Assembly: GCA_021800515.1 (NCBI GenBank)
Contig: JAJYYU010000001.1
Coordinates: 6,975 to 70,974 of the forward strand
DNA from: Candidatus Micrarchaeota archaeon
Lineage (GTDB): Archaea; Micrarchaeota; Micrarchaeia; Micrarchaeales; Micrarchaeaceae
Length of the DNA: 64,000 bases
Direction: 5' to 3'
The notes beneath the pieces are model-generated. The model ran no database searches and was not told where the DNA came from. It saw nothing but the letters and a program-made list of their open reading frames with translations. The position numbers and the translations under genes were made by a program. This document shows positions 21,109-31,500 of the stretch, in pieces (positions within the stretch are counted from its first letter, which is position 1; every line of letters begins with the position of its first letter).

Positions 21109-22341
21109 ATGAGTATAGTATCAAAAGTACTACATAATGGATTGCAGGTAATAGCAGTGGAGGCGCCTGGATTGCAAAGTGTTGGTATTGCCGTAGGTGT
21201 GAAATATGGTTCAATTGATGAGGACCCTCGTATAAACGGTGCTGCGCATTTTTTAGAGCATATGCTCTATAAAGGGACAAAAAAAAGGACATGGCAGGAT
21301 ATAAGTAATGAAGTAAGGTCTCTTGGTGCGTACCAGAATGCTATGACTGATTTTGAGACAACAACATTTATGATGCAGTCATTTAAAGGAGATACTGCAA
21401 AATCTATGGATATCATTTCAGATATAATTAAAAATTCTACAATTCCTGAAAATGAATTTAATCTTGAAAGAGGTCCAATAATGAACGAAAATTTAATGGA
21501 TCTTGATAATCCAATGCGCTTTGTATTTGATTTTCTTCCGCGAGCAATATATAAAAAAAATCCTGCAAGAATGCCAGTAAGTGGTGATAATGAAAAAACT
21601 GTTAAGTACATCAAGCGCGATGACCTTGCTAATATCTATGAAAAATATTATACCCCTAAAAACATGCTACTTGTTATTTATGGAGGTCTCAGCACAACAA
21701 AGTCTTTAGCCATCGCAAAGCGTTGGTTTTCTGACTTTGATAGGGATTATGTGCCAAAGCAAAGGGAAATTATAAATGAAAAACAGGTAAAGACAAGAAT
21801 AAGCGAAAAAAGACCAGGCCTTAAATCTACATTAATAGGTATAGGCTTTAAATGCAATGAGTTTAACCCGAAAAAGATAGAGGAGCAGGCATCTCTTGAA
21901 ATACTTTCAGAAATACTTAGCAATAACCTTTTTGATGAAATAAGAGAAAAGAAAGGTTTATCTTATTTTTCGACTGCTAGTTATAATCAGTATAGTACAT
22001 TCAGTTTCCTGTCTGCATTTTCAAATACAAAGCCAGAAAATAAAAATGAAGTTATTAATATAATGCTTGAAACTTTTGAAAAAATTCAGAGTGGAAAAAT
22101 ATCTGAAGAAGAATTAAGAAGAGCAAAGAAAGGGATAATTGTCCCCTATATGCTAAGCAAGGAAAAATCCCTTTCAAGCGCAGTGGATATAGCAAATGAC
22201 AAACTTCTCTTTGATGATCCTTTTATGTCAAAAAAAATAATGTGGTATATAAATAAAGCAACGCTTAATCAAATTAAGAAATATTCAGCAAAGTTCATAA
22301 ATACGAGCGCATACGGCTTGGCTGTAATAGAACCAAAGTGA
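21109..22341 (+). CDS. M16 (pitrilysin/insulinase) family peptidase
   Basis: Inverted zinc motif HFLEHMLYKGT near the N-terminus and a two-domain length of about 410 aa. ORF is open from TTG 21088. Confidence 0.85.
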   Translation: MSIVSKVLHNGLQVIAVEAPGLQSVGIAVGVKYGSIDEDPRINGAAHFLEHMLYKGTKKRTWQDISNEVRSLGAYQNAMTDFETTTFMMQSFKGDTAKSMDIISDIIKNSTIPENEFNLERGPIMNENLMDLDNPMRFVFDFLPRAIYKKNPARMPVSGDNEKTVKYIKRDDLANIYEKYYTPKNMLLVIYGGLSTTKSLAIAKRWFSDFDRDYVPKQREIINEKQVKTRISEKRPGLKSTLIGIGFKCNEFNPKKIEEQASLEILSEILSNNLFDEIREKKGLSYFSTASYNQYSTFSFLSAFSNTKPENKNEVINIMLETFEKIQSGKISEEELRRAKKGIIVPYMLSKEKSLSSAVDIANDKLLFDDPFMSKKIMWYINKATLNQIKKYSAKFINTSAYGLAVIEPK

Positions 22342-22439
22342 AGTATGTTTTGGGACATAGCAAAGTTAAATATAAAAGTTTAGTTGGAGTAGGTAATATA
22401 GTATTTTAGATAGATACTGCAGGGATATTAGTGTTTTAG

Positions 22440-23402
22440 ATGAAAATCATAATAGACCCGCGAATGGAACTATTGATGTCGATAGAATTTCAGAATGGTT
22501 TCACAAATCCAGGTTTTGCAGGGTTGACAAAACTTGAGTTTCAATATAAAAATGACTTTATTCAGTATTTTTCTTCTTATAAAAATTCCGACGTAGTAAA
22601 ACGCTATTTGAAGATATATGGTAGTGGTTATGCTATGGATCTGCTAGCCAAAATTGTTTTACATCTCTCTAATCCACCAGACTTAAAGATAGTGCGCTAT
22701 TTTGATGAAGATGGAAAACAGTACCAACCATTTATACAAATTCTAAGGGAGTTTGCAATCGAAACAGATTTTATGACCTTTTTTGTAAAATATAAAGAGA
22801 TGTTTAAAGAAGTAATCAAATCTGCAAGAAGAGAAATAAAAAATAAAAGCGTAGTCTCCCCTATTGAAAGTTATTATGGTATGAAACTAAATAGCTATAA
22901 TATTATCCTTACTCCTTTATTTAGAGAGGGAGGGAATGGATTTAGGATTCGTGCCTCAGAAAATAGATATGACGGGTATGCAATTATTGGACCCACTAAA
23001 TTAAATGATGGTTTGCCATATTTTGACTCAAGACTTGTTCGTACGTTATGGCATGAATTTGGACACCATTTTGTTGAGCCTATAACAGAGAAATATAGTG
23101 ATGTGTTTAAGCGAAAATTTTCAAAGGTCAGATTTTCAGTATGGTGCTATCAGGGTTGGCAGGACATGATAAATGAATATATAATACGCGCTATAACTAC
23201 TCGAATTGAATTTCATATGAAGAGAGAAGAAAATGCTACGTTACAATGGATAAGAGACGAAGAAAATGGAGGATTTGTTCATATGAAAGAGTTATATGAT
23301 CATTTAAAGATATATGAAACGAATAGGGATATTTATCCTACATTGATAGAATTCTATCCAGAAATTATCAAAAAATTAGAAAGCTTGCTACTTAGCAAAT
23401 AA
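22440..23402 (+). CDS. putative zinc metalloprotease (HEXXH)
   Basis: 320 aa with LWHEFGHHFVEP. The family (possibly DUF4932-like) is not certain. Confidence 0.45.
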   Translation: MKIIIDPRMELLMSIEFQNGFTNPGFAGLTKLEFQYKNDFIQYFSSYKNSDVVKRYLKIYGSGYAMDLLAKIVLHLSNPPDLKIVRYFDEDGKQYQPFIQILREFAIETDFMTFFVKYKEMFKEVIKSARREIKNKSVVSPIESYYGMKLNSYNIILTPLFREGGNGFRIRASENRYDGYAIIGPTKLNDGLPYFDSRLVRTLWHEFGHHFVEPITEKYSDVFKRKFSKVRFSVWCYQGWQDMINEYIIRAITTRIEFHMKREENATLQWIRDEENGGFVHMKELYDHLKIYETNRDIYPTLIEFYPEIIKKLESLLLSK

Positions 23403-23492
23403 CTAGTTTTGTTTTCTTTTCCTTTTTGGTAAGAGAACAGAATTTGCCTTAATTGAGAAGTACAGAAGTGGATATTAAACCACTTATAAATA

Positions 23493-23604
23493 AGCCCTGA
23501 ATGGGAATTGAACCCACAACCTCTTGTTTTCCTGTTTCTTGATTAAACTTCTTTTTAAGAAGTTTATTTACAAGACAAGCGCTCTGCCGTTGAGCTACCA
23601 GGGC
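23493..23604 (-). tRNA. tRNA-Thr(UGU) with a ~40-nt intron at 37/38
   Basis: Hand-folded from the reverse complement. Acceptor GCCCTGG/TCAGGGC, D arm GCTC-AACGGCA-GAGC, anticodon stem CTTGT/ACAAG, loop CUUGUA|intron|A, T arm GTGGG-TTCAATT-CCCAT, discriminator U. Confidence 0.85.
23534..23566 (-). repeat. type I hairpin unit inside the tRNA-Thr intron
   Basis: In tRNA sense it reads TAAACTTCTTAAAAAGAAGTTTAATCAAGAAAC. It is 29/33 identical to intergenic 43025..43057 and has a 9-bp stem AAACTTCTT/AAGAAGTTT. Confidence 0.8.
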
Positions 23605-23670
23605 ATGCTATTGAATAATATTCCACAGCAAAATTTATAATATTGATTGCAAAATTTATTTATTCCTTTG

Positions 23671-24402
23671 TTATTTATAGTCAATGAAATCTAGTAAAAC
23701 GTGTTTTGTATCTTCAATATTTGTGTAATGTGGTTCATGATTCGCATTATTTATAATTCGTAATTCTGAATTTTCTATAGCACTATTAAGTCTTTGACCA
23801 TATGTCTTATTTATTATATCATCATTTTCTCCCCATATTATGAGGCATTTTACTTTACTTATTTTTTTCAGGTCCCCATCATCTATTTCATTGTTCTGTA
23901 GCATTATGTTTTCTATCACATATCTGTCATTGTTGAATTCGAGAGCTTTTTTAATCATATTTTGTTTATATGTTTCAGTGGTATTTTCAGATTCTCTCAG
24001 CCCTGCGGAATCCTCTAAAATCAGCCCTGTAAGGCGATCAGACCCAAATTCAATTATATATTTCATTGAAATCAAACCTCCATAGGAATGACCGAATAAG
24101 TAAAATTTGCTATAACCTATATTCTTAATAAATTCATTCAAAGCTGCTGCCTGTACTTCTATTGTATAATCTATTTTAGGCTTATCTGATTTTCCATGGC
24201 CTAACAGATCAATAATGTATATATCCAAATCTACTGGCAAATTCTCTATAAATTTAGCATATGCCTTTGTAGTGCCACCTAGACCATGAAGTAGCATTAA
24301 TCTCTGCTTTGTTCCTGGATTATGTTTAAAATATAATTTTCCATAAGTAGTACTTATAAATCCCTCTCCCATCGAATTATAATCAATTGCATTACTCATC
24401 AT
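23671..24402 (-). CDS. alpha/beta hydrolase
   Basis: 243 aa. Oxyanion-region LMLLHGLGGT, nucleophile elbow GHSYGG and a C-terminal His (ANHEPH). Confidence 0.8.
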   Translation of the reverse strand: MMSNAIDYNSMGEGFISTTYGKLYFKHNPGTKQRLMLLHGLGGTTKAYAKFIENLPVDLDIYIIDLLGHGKSDKPKIDYTIEVQAAALNEFIKNIGYSKFYLFGHSYGGLISMKYIIEFGSDRLTGLILEDSAGLRESENTTETYKQNMIKKALEFNNDRYVIENIMLQNNEIDDGDLKKISKVKCLIIWGENDDIINKTYGQRLNSAIENSELRIINNANHEPHYTNIEDTKHVLLDFIDYK

Positions 24403-24404
24403 TG

Positions 24405-26135
24405 CTATCCTTTCTTTTTTAAGATTCTTTTCAGGTCGTTAAGGGGCATTGTATTTATTACCTTATTTTTGGTTAACCACCCCCGCCTTGCAGTTCCAAT
24501 GCCGTATTTCAAAAATTTCAGATGCTCTATCGCGTGTGCATCAGTATCAATTGCAAACATAACATTGTGCCTTGAAGCAAGGATTATATTTAAGTCATTA
24601 AGATCAAGTCTATCAGGAAATGAATTTATCTCAAGAACAGTATTATTTTTTTTGCATGCTTCAAATATCTCTTCAAGATCTATATCATAAGGCATTCTTT
24701 TATTTATGAGCCTACCAGTGGGATGTGCAAGTATATTGATGCCAGATTCTATAGCATTTATTATCCTCTCTGTCATTGCTTTTCTATCCATTTTGAATCC
24801 AGAGTGCACAGCTCCAATGATAATATCCATTTCATCAAGCACGTTCTTATCTAGGTCCAAACTGCCATCTTTAAGTATGTCAACCTCACCACCTTTTAAA
24901 ATGTAGATTTCTTTTGCATTATCATTGAGCAAGTCTATTTTGTGGAAGAGTGCACGAAATCTCTTTTCATCTAGTCCATTTGCGACCTTAAGGCTTTTCG
25001 TGTGGTTTGTTATTGCAATGTATTCTAGTTTATTTTTTGCACCTGCTGCAACCATTTCTTCTAATGTATTCTGACCATCGCTGTCATTCGTGTGCATATG
25101 TAAGTCCCCTTTAATATCCTTTAACTCAATAAGCTTTGGAATTCTATGTTCCTGCGCGAGTTTTATTTCTCCTCTATCTTCGCGCATTTCAGGTGGAATA
25201 TAATCCATTCCTAGCATGTTGTATATATCTGCCTCATTATTACATTTTACTGTAACATCTTTTTTGTTGAAGAGCCCATACTCATTCAGTTTGTATCCCT
25301 TGCTTATTGCAATTTTTCTTACATCTATATTGTGTTCTTTGCTTCCTGTAAAGTACTGAAGCGCACTTGCAAAGCTCTCAGGTGAAATAACCCTTAAGTC
25401 GCAGCTTATACCTGCTTTCAGCCAAACAGTAACTTTTGTATTACCCTTTGCAACAACTGACTCGACGTCATCAAAGTCTGTAAATGCTTTTATTGCTTCT
25501 TCAGGTCTTTCAGAAATTGCAAGTATATCTATATCACCTATAGTTTCCTTCATTCGCCTTATGGATCCTGAAATTTCAATTTTCTTGACAAGGTCTGTTT
25601 TATCTAACTTCAATACAAGTTGTTCTGCAATTGGAAGAGCATGGCCAAGCAAAAATCTATTACTTCGTGCCTCCATTAATTTAAGTGCGTTGCTTATTGC
25701 TTCCTCTGATTTTTTACCAAATCTTGGTATGCTGCGCACTTTTTTTTCATCAACTGCTTTTTTTAAGTCTTCTATGTTCTTTACTCCAAGTGCCTTGTAA
25801 AGGCTCATTGCTCTTTTTATTCCAAGTCCTTCTATATTGCTGAGGCTGTGCAGATCTATAGGATATTTTTTTCTTAGCTCATTATATTTCTTTATTTCCC
25901 CTGTCTTTATGAATTCCTCTATCTTTTCAGCAAGGCCCTTGCCAATTCCAGGTAATTGCATAAGACCTTCTTTGCCATGTTTTTCATAAATCTCCTGAAT
26001 AGGCTCCTGCAGCGTTTCAATCGTAAATCCTGCTTTTTCATATGCGTTGCTTTCAAATCTTGAAGTAGGCTCTTTGTCAATGCTAAGGTATTCTGCAATC
26101 TCGTAAAATATATCTGCAAGTTTTTTGTTTTCCAT
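24405..26135 (-). CDS. family X DNA polymerase with C-terminal PHP domain (PolX)
   Basis: 576 aa. HhH motifs (LPGIGKGLAEKI, IEGLGIKRA), nucleotidyltransferase GSIRRMKETIGDIDIL, and PHP domain GDLHMHTNDSDG...ITNHT. Confidence 0.9.
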   Translation of the reverse strand: MENKKLADIFYEIAEYLSIDKEPTSRFESNAYEKAGFTIETLQEPIQEIYEKHGKEGLMQLPGIGKGLAEKIEEFIKTGEIKKYNELRKKYPIDLHSLSNIEGLGIKRAMSLYKALGVKNIEDLKKAVDEKKVRSIPRFGKKSEEAISNALKLMEARSNRFLLGHALPIAEQLVLKLDKTDLVKKIEISGSIRRMKETIGDIDILAISERPEEAIKAFTDFDDVESVVAKGNTKVTVWLKAGISCDLRVISPESFASALQYFTGSKEHNIDVRKIAISKGYKLNEYGLFNKKDVTVKCNNEADIYNMLGMDYIPPEMREDRGEIKLAQEHRIPKLIELKDIKGDLHMHTNDSDGQNTLEEMVAAGAKNKLEYIAITNHTKSLKVANGLDEKRFRALFHKIDLLNDNAKEIYILKGGEVDILKDGSLDLDKNVLDEMDIIIGAVHSGFKMDRKAMTERIINAIESGINILAHPTGRLINKRMPYDIDLEEIFEACKKNNTVLEINSFPDRLDLNDLNIILASRHNVMFAIDTDAHAIEHLKFLKYGIGTARRGWLTKNKVINTMPLNDLKRILKKKG

Positions 26136-26315
26136 ACAACCTTATTATTAATGCCTGAAAAGAATAATAAATAGTAGTTAGATTATTCAGAGTGCCGACA
26201 AAGTTAACAGATACAATGTATAGTAAGATATAGTAGGTTATGGCAGGCTAGGGTTATAAATAAAAAAGAAATGGCAGTTAATATATAATATATACCAAAA
26301 AACCAAAATCTGCCA

Positions 26316-26477
26316 CTAATCTGTGAAGTTATAATCAGGATCAGTCAAACGCTTAATTCCCTCTATATCTGTTTCCATATATTCCTCTTTTTTTCTTAGG
26401 AGCATGGCTATTATTTTTTTTGCTTCATTTGCCTGATTATTTAAGGTGTTTTCTTTATCCTTTATTTTTTCATTCAT
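26316..26477 (-). CDS. possible small protein (53 aa)
   Basis: Hand-translated: MNEKIKDKENTLNNQANEAKKIIAMLLRKKEEYMETDIEGIKRLTDPDYNFTD. Below the track cutoff, with no family recognised. Confidence 0.2.
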   Translation of the reverse strand: MNEKIKDKENTLNNQANEAKKIIAMLLRKKEEYMETDIEGIKRLTDPDYNFTD

Positions 26478-26675
26478 ATTTTCCCCTAATCCATTATTCT
26501 TTTGGTGTATTATTTTTGGATTGCAACATATAAAAACTTATTGTTTAGCTTTTTACAAGCCCTCTTTATTAGATCTCTATATATAAATCTATGCTTTTAG
26601 CAGTCCTGGTCTATGCTGATACCCTATATATATTTATAGGATACAGTTTTTAATTTTTTACTTTTATATATTTGT

Positions 26676-27308
26676 ATGGAAAGTGAGCAAAATTCTAAAA
26701 ATAATGAGGAGAGTTTAGAATCCCTGAATCAACTAAAAATAAATTTGTCAGAGCAGACTAAAATAAATCAAGTATATGTTTCGATTATCCTTAGATATAA
26801 GGACTATATAGAGGAGAAGGAGCGTATATCTGTAGCAGAGTTGCCTAGATTTGTTATTCCAAAAAATACAAGAATACAGCAAAAAGTTGAGGAATTTAAA
26901 TCTAATTTTGAAAACTATGTTTATGAAAAAGACTTCTATTATGCAAGTCTAATTGCATATGATTTTGTAAAGAATAAGATAAGCGAAATAAATTTGCCGA
27001 TAGAATTCTGGTTCTATCCTAATGAGATACTTGAATTCCTTATTGGTGACATAATAGATAAGAATATTCTTCTCTGCTCACTGCTTATCGCCTTAGGGAA
27101 TCCATCTGCAAAAGTCTTTACTGTAATAAATAACAGCAAGCAAGACATATTTACATATTATGAGTTCAACGGCAGGGTTTATAAGATGGACATCAAAGAT
27201 GAAGTGTTATCCTTTGAAAGTAAAGAAAAAATGCTTCAGACTGTGCTTATAAATAATGAAACTACTGCATATGAGTTCAATAACCATGTATACAATGACA
27301 TTAATTGA
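26676..27308 (+). CDS. hypothetical protein, possibly transglutaminase-like
   Basis: 210 aa. DKNILLCSLLIALGNPSAKVF resembles the catalytic-Cys segment of transglutaminase-like proteins. Weak assignment. Confidence 0.3.
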   Translation: MESEQNSKNNEESLESLNQLKINLSEQTKINQVYVSIILRYKDYIEEKERISVAELPRFVIPKNTRIQQKVEEFKSNFENYVYEKDFYYASLIAYDFVKNKISEINLPIEFWFYPNEILEFLIGDIIDKNILLCSLLIALGNPSAKVFTVINNSKQDIFTYYEFNGRVYKMDIKDEVLSFESKEKMLQTVLINNETTAYEFNNHVYNDIN

Positions 27309-27443
27309 GGCAAATTTACGTCTGATATAGTTCGTCTATCTCCTATCACAGTGGTTTAACACAGTGAGCTAAAATCCGTCTTTAGCATTAAGCTGTATTA
27401 TCCTATTCTATTTTTTGGGTACTCTCTGAATATTGATAGGCTA

Positions 27444-28010
27444 TCATTCATACATTATATCCTCATCGCTTCTTTTGTAAGATACAATTTCATTTTTGGT
27501 AAACCAGAGTTCAATCTCACGTTTTGCGGATTCTGAATCTTCAGATGCATGGACAAGATTCTTTGTAGACCTTTGTCTTGCGTCAGCTAAGTCGTAGGAA
27601 TCACTTGCATATTTCCCTCTTATGGAAGAAGGATCTGCCTTCCTTGGCTCTGTCACTCCTATAATCTTTCTTGCGATATATATTGCGTGATTTCCTTCAA
27701 GCACCATTGATACTATTGGGCCATTTGCAAGATAATCTAGAAGCTGATTTCTTACCCTCCTTCCTATTTCTATATTTTCTTCCTTTAATTCTATCCCTTT
27801 TTCTTTGTATGCTAGCTTGGATTTTGCGCCTATATTCTCAAGCCATTCAATAACTTCTGCGTAGTGTTTGCCTGCAAATTCCTTATCTACTCTCCCTATT
27901 CTTAATGCAACAACTTTTAATCCTGCATCCTCAAACTGTGCGATTATCTTTCCGATAAGTGCTCTATAAATGCCATCAGGCTTTATTAAAACCAAAGTCC
28001 TTTCAATCAT
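27444..28010 (-). CDS. ndk: nucleoside diphosphate kinase
   Basis: 188 aa. ERTLVLIKPDG...NLVHASED active-site His context, with an insertion relative to the ~150-aa forms. Confidence 0.85.
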   Translation of the reverse strand: MIERTLVLIKPDGIYRALIGKIIAQFEDAGLKVVALRIGRVDKEFAGKHYAEVIEWLENIGAKSKLAYKEKGIELKEENIEIGRRVRNQLLDYLANGPIVSMVLEGNHAIYIARKIIGVTEPRKADPSSIRGKYASDSYDLADARQRSTKNLVHASEDSESAKREIELWFTKNEIVSYKRSDEDIMYE

Positions 28011-28501
28011 TTTATCCCTATTTTTTATTTTTTACTGCCTCTTTTAAATATTTGTGCAGCACTGCATTTGGTAATATTATTCTATAGCGATTATTATATA
28101 ACTTTCCTTGAAAGCTATGCCTCTTTCTGACTGGCAGATATTAAACAAAGAGAGTGGGAATCTGCAGAAACTTCTAGTAAATATTGTGCTTTTATGAATA
28201 AAAACTAATTGCAGATAAATATGAACTTTATTTTTTATATGGATTCAGGAATCTAATATATGATTTTCAGTTGGTATTTTTTGGGCTCCTGCAATTGCCT
28301 CCCTGGAAATTTGATCTTTACCCAGTATTTTCTTCATATGTAATCAATATACAAAATTAGATAATATTAAATAGCATTTTGTATTATATATTTATATAAT
28401 TTATAGGGCTAAATATTAACAATTAATGTTTACAAAAAGTTCATCGCATAAATATGCACAGGTTTCATGCAGCCTAAATATCAATTTAATGTTGTGAATA
28501 G

Positions 28502-31500
28502 ATGAATAAAACAAACAGGAAATTCAGCAATTCCATGAAAATATATTCTCTGCTATTTGTTTCTATCCTATTGTTTGTTTCCCTTATAAGCTTTTCATCA
28601 GCAGCGAAGTTCACACTTAAAGTTGCAAAAGGAAGCATTTTATTCGGTAATGTAGGGCTTCCGTCGCTGAATACCTGTTTCTGGAACACAGGCTCAGGGC
28701 AAAGCCTTATAACAAAGCTTTCAACTCCGACTGTAGGTTATTTCCCTTTAGGGTTCAACCAGCGGTCTGCCACATTCTTTAACTGCGAGTATATAACTGC
28801 AGTCTCTTTCACAACAAATTATCCAGATGCAGAGCAAGGTGTCCTTGTACCTTTGCCAAGCACAACAACATTGCCTAGCGTGACTCCTCTTACCCAAAAA
28901 GTACTTGACTATAATCAACAGAATGCGCAGTGGCTTATCACATGCCCTCAGGCTCCAGATCCTTCTAATACTCCTGAATATTTTGCATCAAATCCAGGAT
29001 CCTTTATAGGAGGCGATGAATGTCTTGCTCCTAAAATTCCTCTCCTTTCAGTTATAGTCCTTCAGAATAATTATTCCTGGAACACAGGCTCATACAGCGC
29101 CACAATGCCCTTGCCTTCTCCAGGTTCAATGTATGCATTTTCATGTTTCTGCCAGAACGGAAGGACAGCATATGCAGAAATCAACAACATATTTGTTTTA
29201 AGCCCTGGCACAGGCACAGAAACCAATCTGGCATATTCTGGATCTGCCAGGGATAATGGGTTCGCGGCTCCTTCTAATGATTTATACAATATTTCTAATG
29301 CATATGATTCGCAATCAAATATATATTCTGGCGTGCCCTCTGGTGCACAGCAAGGAATATGGACATGGAACGCAAGGTATGCTGATTTTGCAAATGCTCC
29401 GACAAGCGAGCTTACTCAGACTAGCAGCCATGGGCTCTACTTTTATTTTACATATAGATTAATGTCTCCCTGGGTCGGCTTGGCGTTTGGCCAGCCATAT
29501 GGGCCTCTGCTTTGTCCTGTTTGGATCCCTCCCACACCTGTATCCCCTCCTATCTCCCTTTGCACAGAGCAGTATACATGCAAGTATTCTTATTCATATT
29601 CTGAGACAAGTTCAATAAATTCTATAGCGAATTCAAACATAATAATTCCGACTGCGCCGTCAACTACAAAGCAGGGCGCAAGCTCGCTTACAACATGGGG
29701 CAAAGTCCCTATCCTCCCATATCTTCTTTACAATATAAGCATACCTGTCATACAAAGCGATATAACAGGAAATTCTCTTCTTTATCTTAATGGCTCATAT
29801 GATCTGTACAGCGCACACAATTTCCTAAATCCTGGAAATTATCTTGATCCTCTGAAGCTTGAGCTGAATTCAAGCATGTTCGTCAATGTAAAGACCTCAA
29901 GCGGATACCAGCTTGAAGAGTTCCCGTCAAATATGCTCTCATTCAATTCTGCTGAAGTTTCAGCTATAATGAATGCTAAATATGCAAATAACAAAAATAG
30001 CCAGTATTTCATTGCTGGTGGAAAATCCTCATTCCTGACCACTATAGGGAACTCACAGTCAGCTTCGTCTCAGTCTCTTGCAAACTGTTTCAGTGGTGGC
30101 GCGCACAATTGCAATGCCGAATCCGTGACACAGTTCTGCAGTGAAAATCCAAATTCCTGCCCTGCAGCAACAAAAGCAAAAAAATCCTTTATTTCAATAT
30201 TCAATGCATCATCGCTAACAATAACACCTGTTACAGGCGCAAACAATTCCTATGATTTTGCGCCTTCTTCCAGCAGCAACAGTATTTCTTATGTGCCGAC
30301 AACAAGCAAATCAGCACCGAGCAAATCAGTGTCTGTAACTCCGCAGCATACAAGCCAGCCTGCAAGCTATACTCCTTTTACAGGGCCTATACAAATTCCA
30401 AATCCTGTCTATGCAACAGTGACTCCTGAAGGTGATATATATATAATAAGTGAGACTTCATCAACCACCTGCTCAGGAGGGCTATGGTGTATTTTTGATA
30501 TAAAAAATGCAGTTAATGTTAATGAAAATCTTATAATACTGCAGCCAATACCAAAAGGTTATTACAATCTCTCAATATACCAGCCAGGAACAGTTTCAGG
30601 CCCTGTCGGGCTTCCATCCCCATCATATGCTGCATGGCAGAACACATGGGAGAACTACTGGAAGAATTCTGTTACAGAGCAGTCAAATACTATCTATGTG
30701 ACAACGATAATACCTGTAGCAAGCGGGCAAATCGATTTCGGATGGTTTTCGCAGCATGTCTCGGCCGCATCAGGAAATATCGGCGGATTTTACACAAACG
30801 CGATTGAAAATGCTGGGCAGGCTTTAAATACAATACAAAATGCGCTTGGAAATGCATGGAGCAGCCTAAGCAGCTTTGTCAGCAGTGGAATTCCATCAGT
30901 ATTTGTTCCAACTCCTGTTTCGTCATCTCTAACTTCAGCAGCCTCTTCTAGTCCTGCTGTAAGCAGTGAAACAAGTATTTCAATTCCGCCTGATTTTGCA
31001 TCTTCATCTTCCTCATCATCATCTTCATCCTCATCATCGAGCTCATGCTCTTCAGGCAGTTCAATGGTAACTGCATTTATTCCGACTTCAATTACTAGCG
31101 ATTACCAAGGAGATCTGTTTATGCTTGGTTATACTACCTCAAATGGTCAAACAGTACTTAAAATTTTTGAGCTTTTGAAAAATCCTTTGTCCGGATACCA
31201 GAACTGTGAAGTTTCAACAATAAATAATCCTACATCGCCTACAGATGAGTTTGCAGTATCTCCTGGAGGGCAGTATGTTTATATCGCATCCCCCCTTATT
31301 CCAAATAATGTTCTTGTATATCAAAATAATGGGCCTTCAGCCACGCATCCGAAGCCTCAATACACTTGCCCTCAAGGGGGATCATTATTAAGTTCAAGTT
31401 CTACAACCTGTTCAACAACTGCTAACCCACCTTCATGTGCATCTGGTGCAGGTTCATTTAATACAAAATACCAGGTATGTATGGTAAGCCCTGCTGGAGT

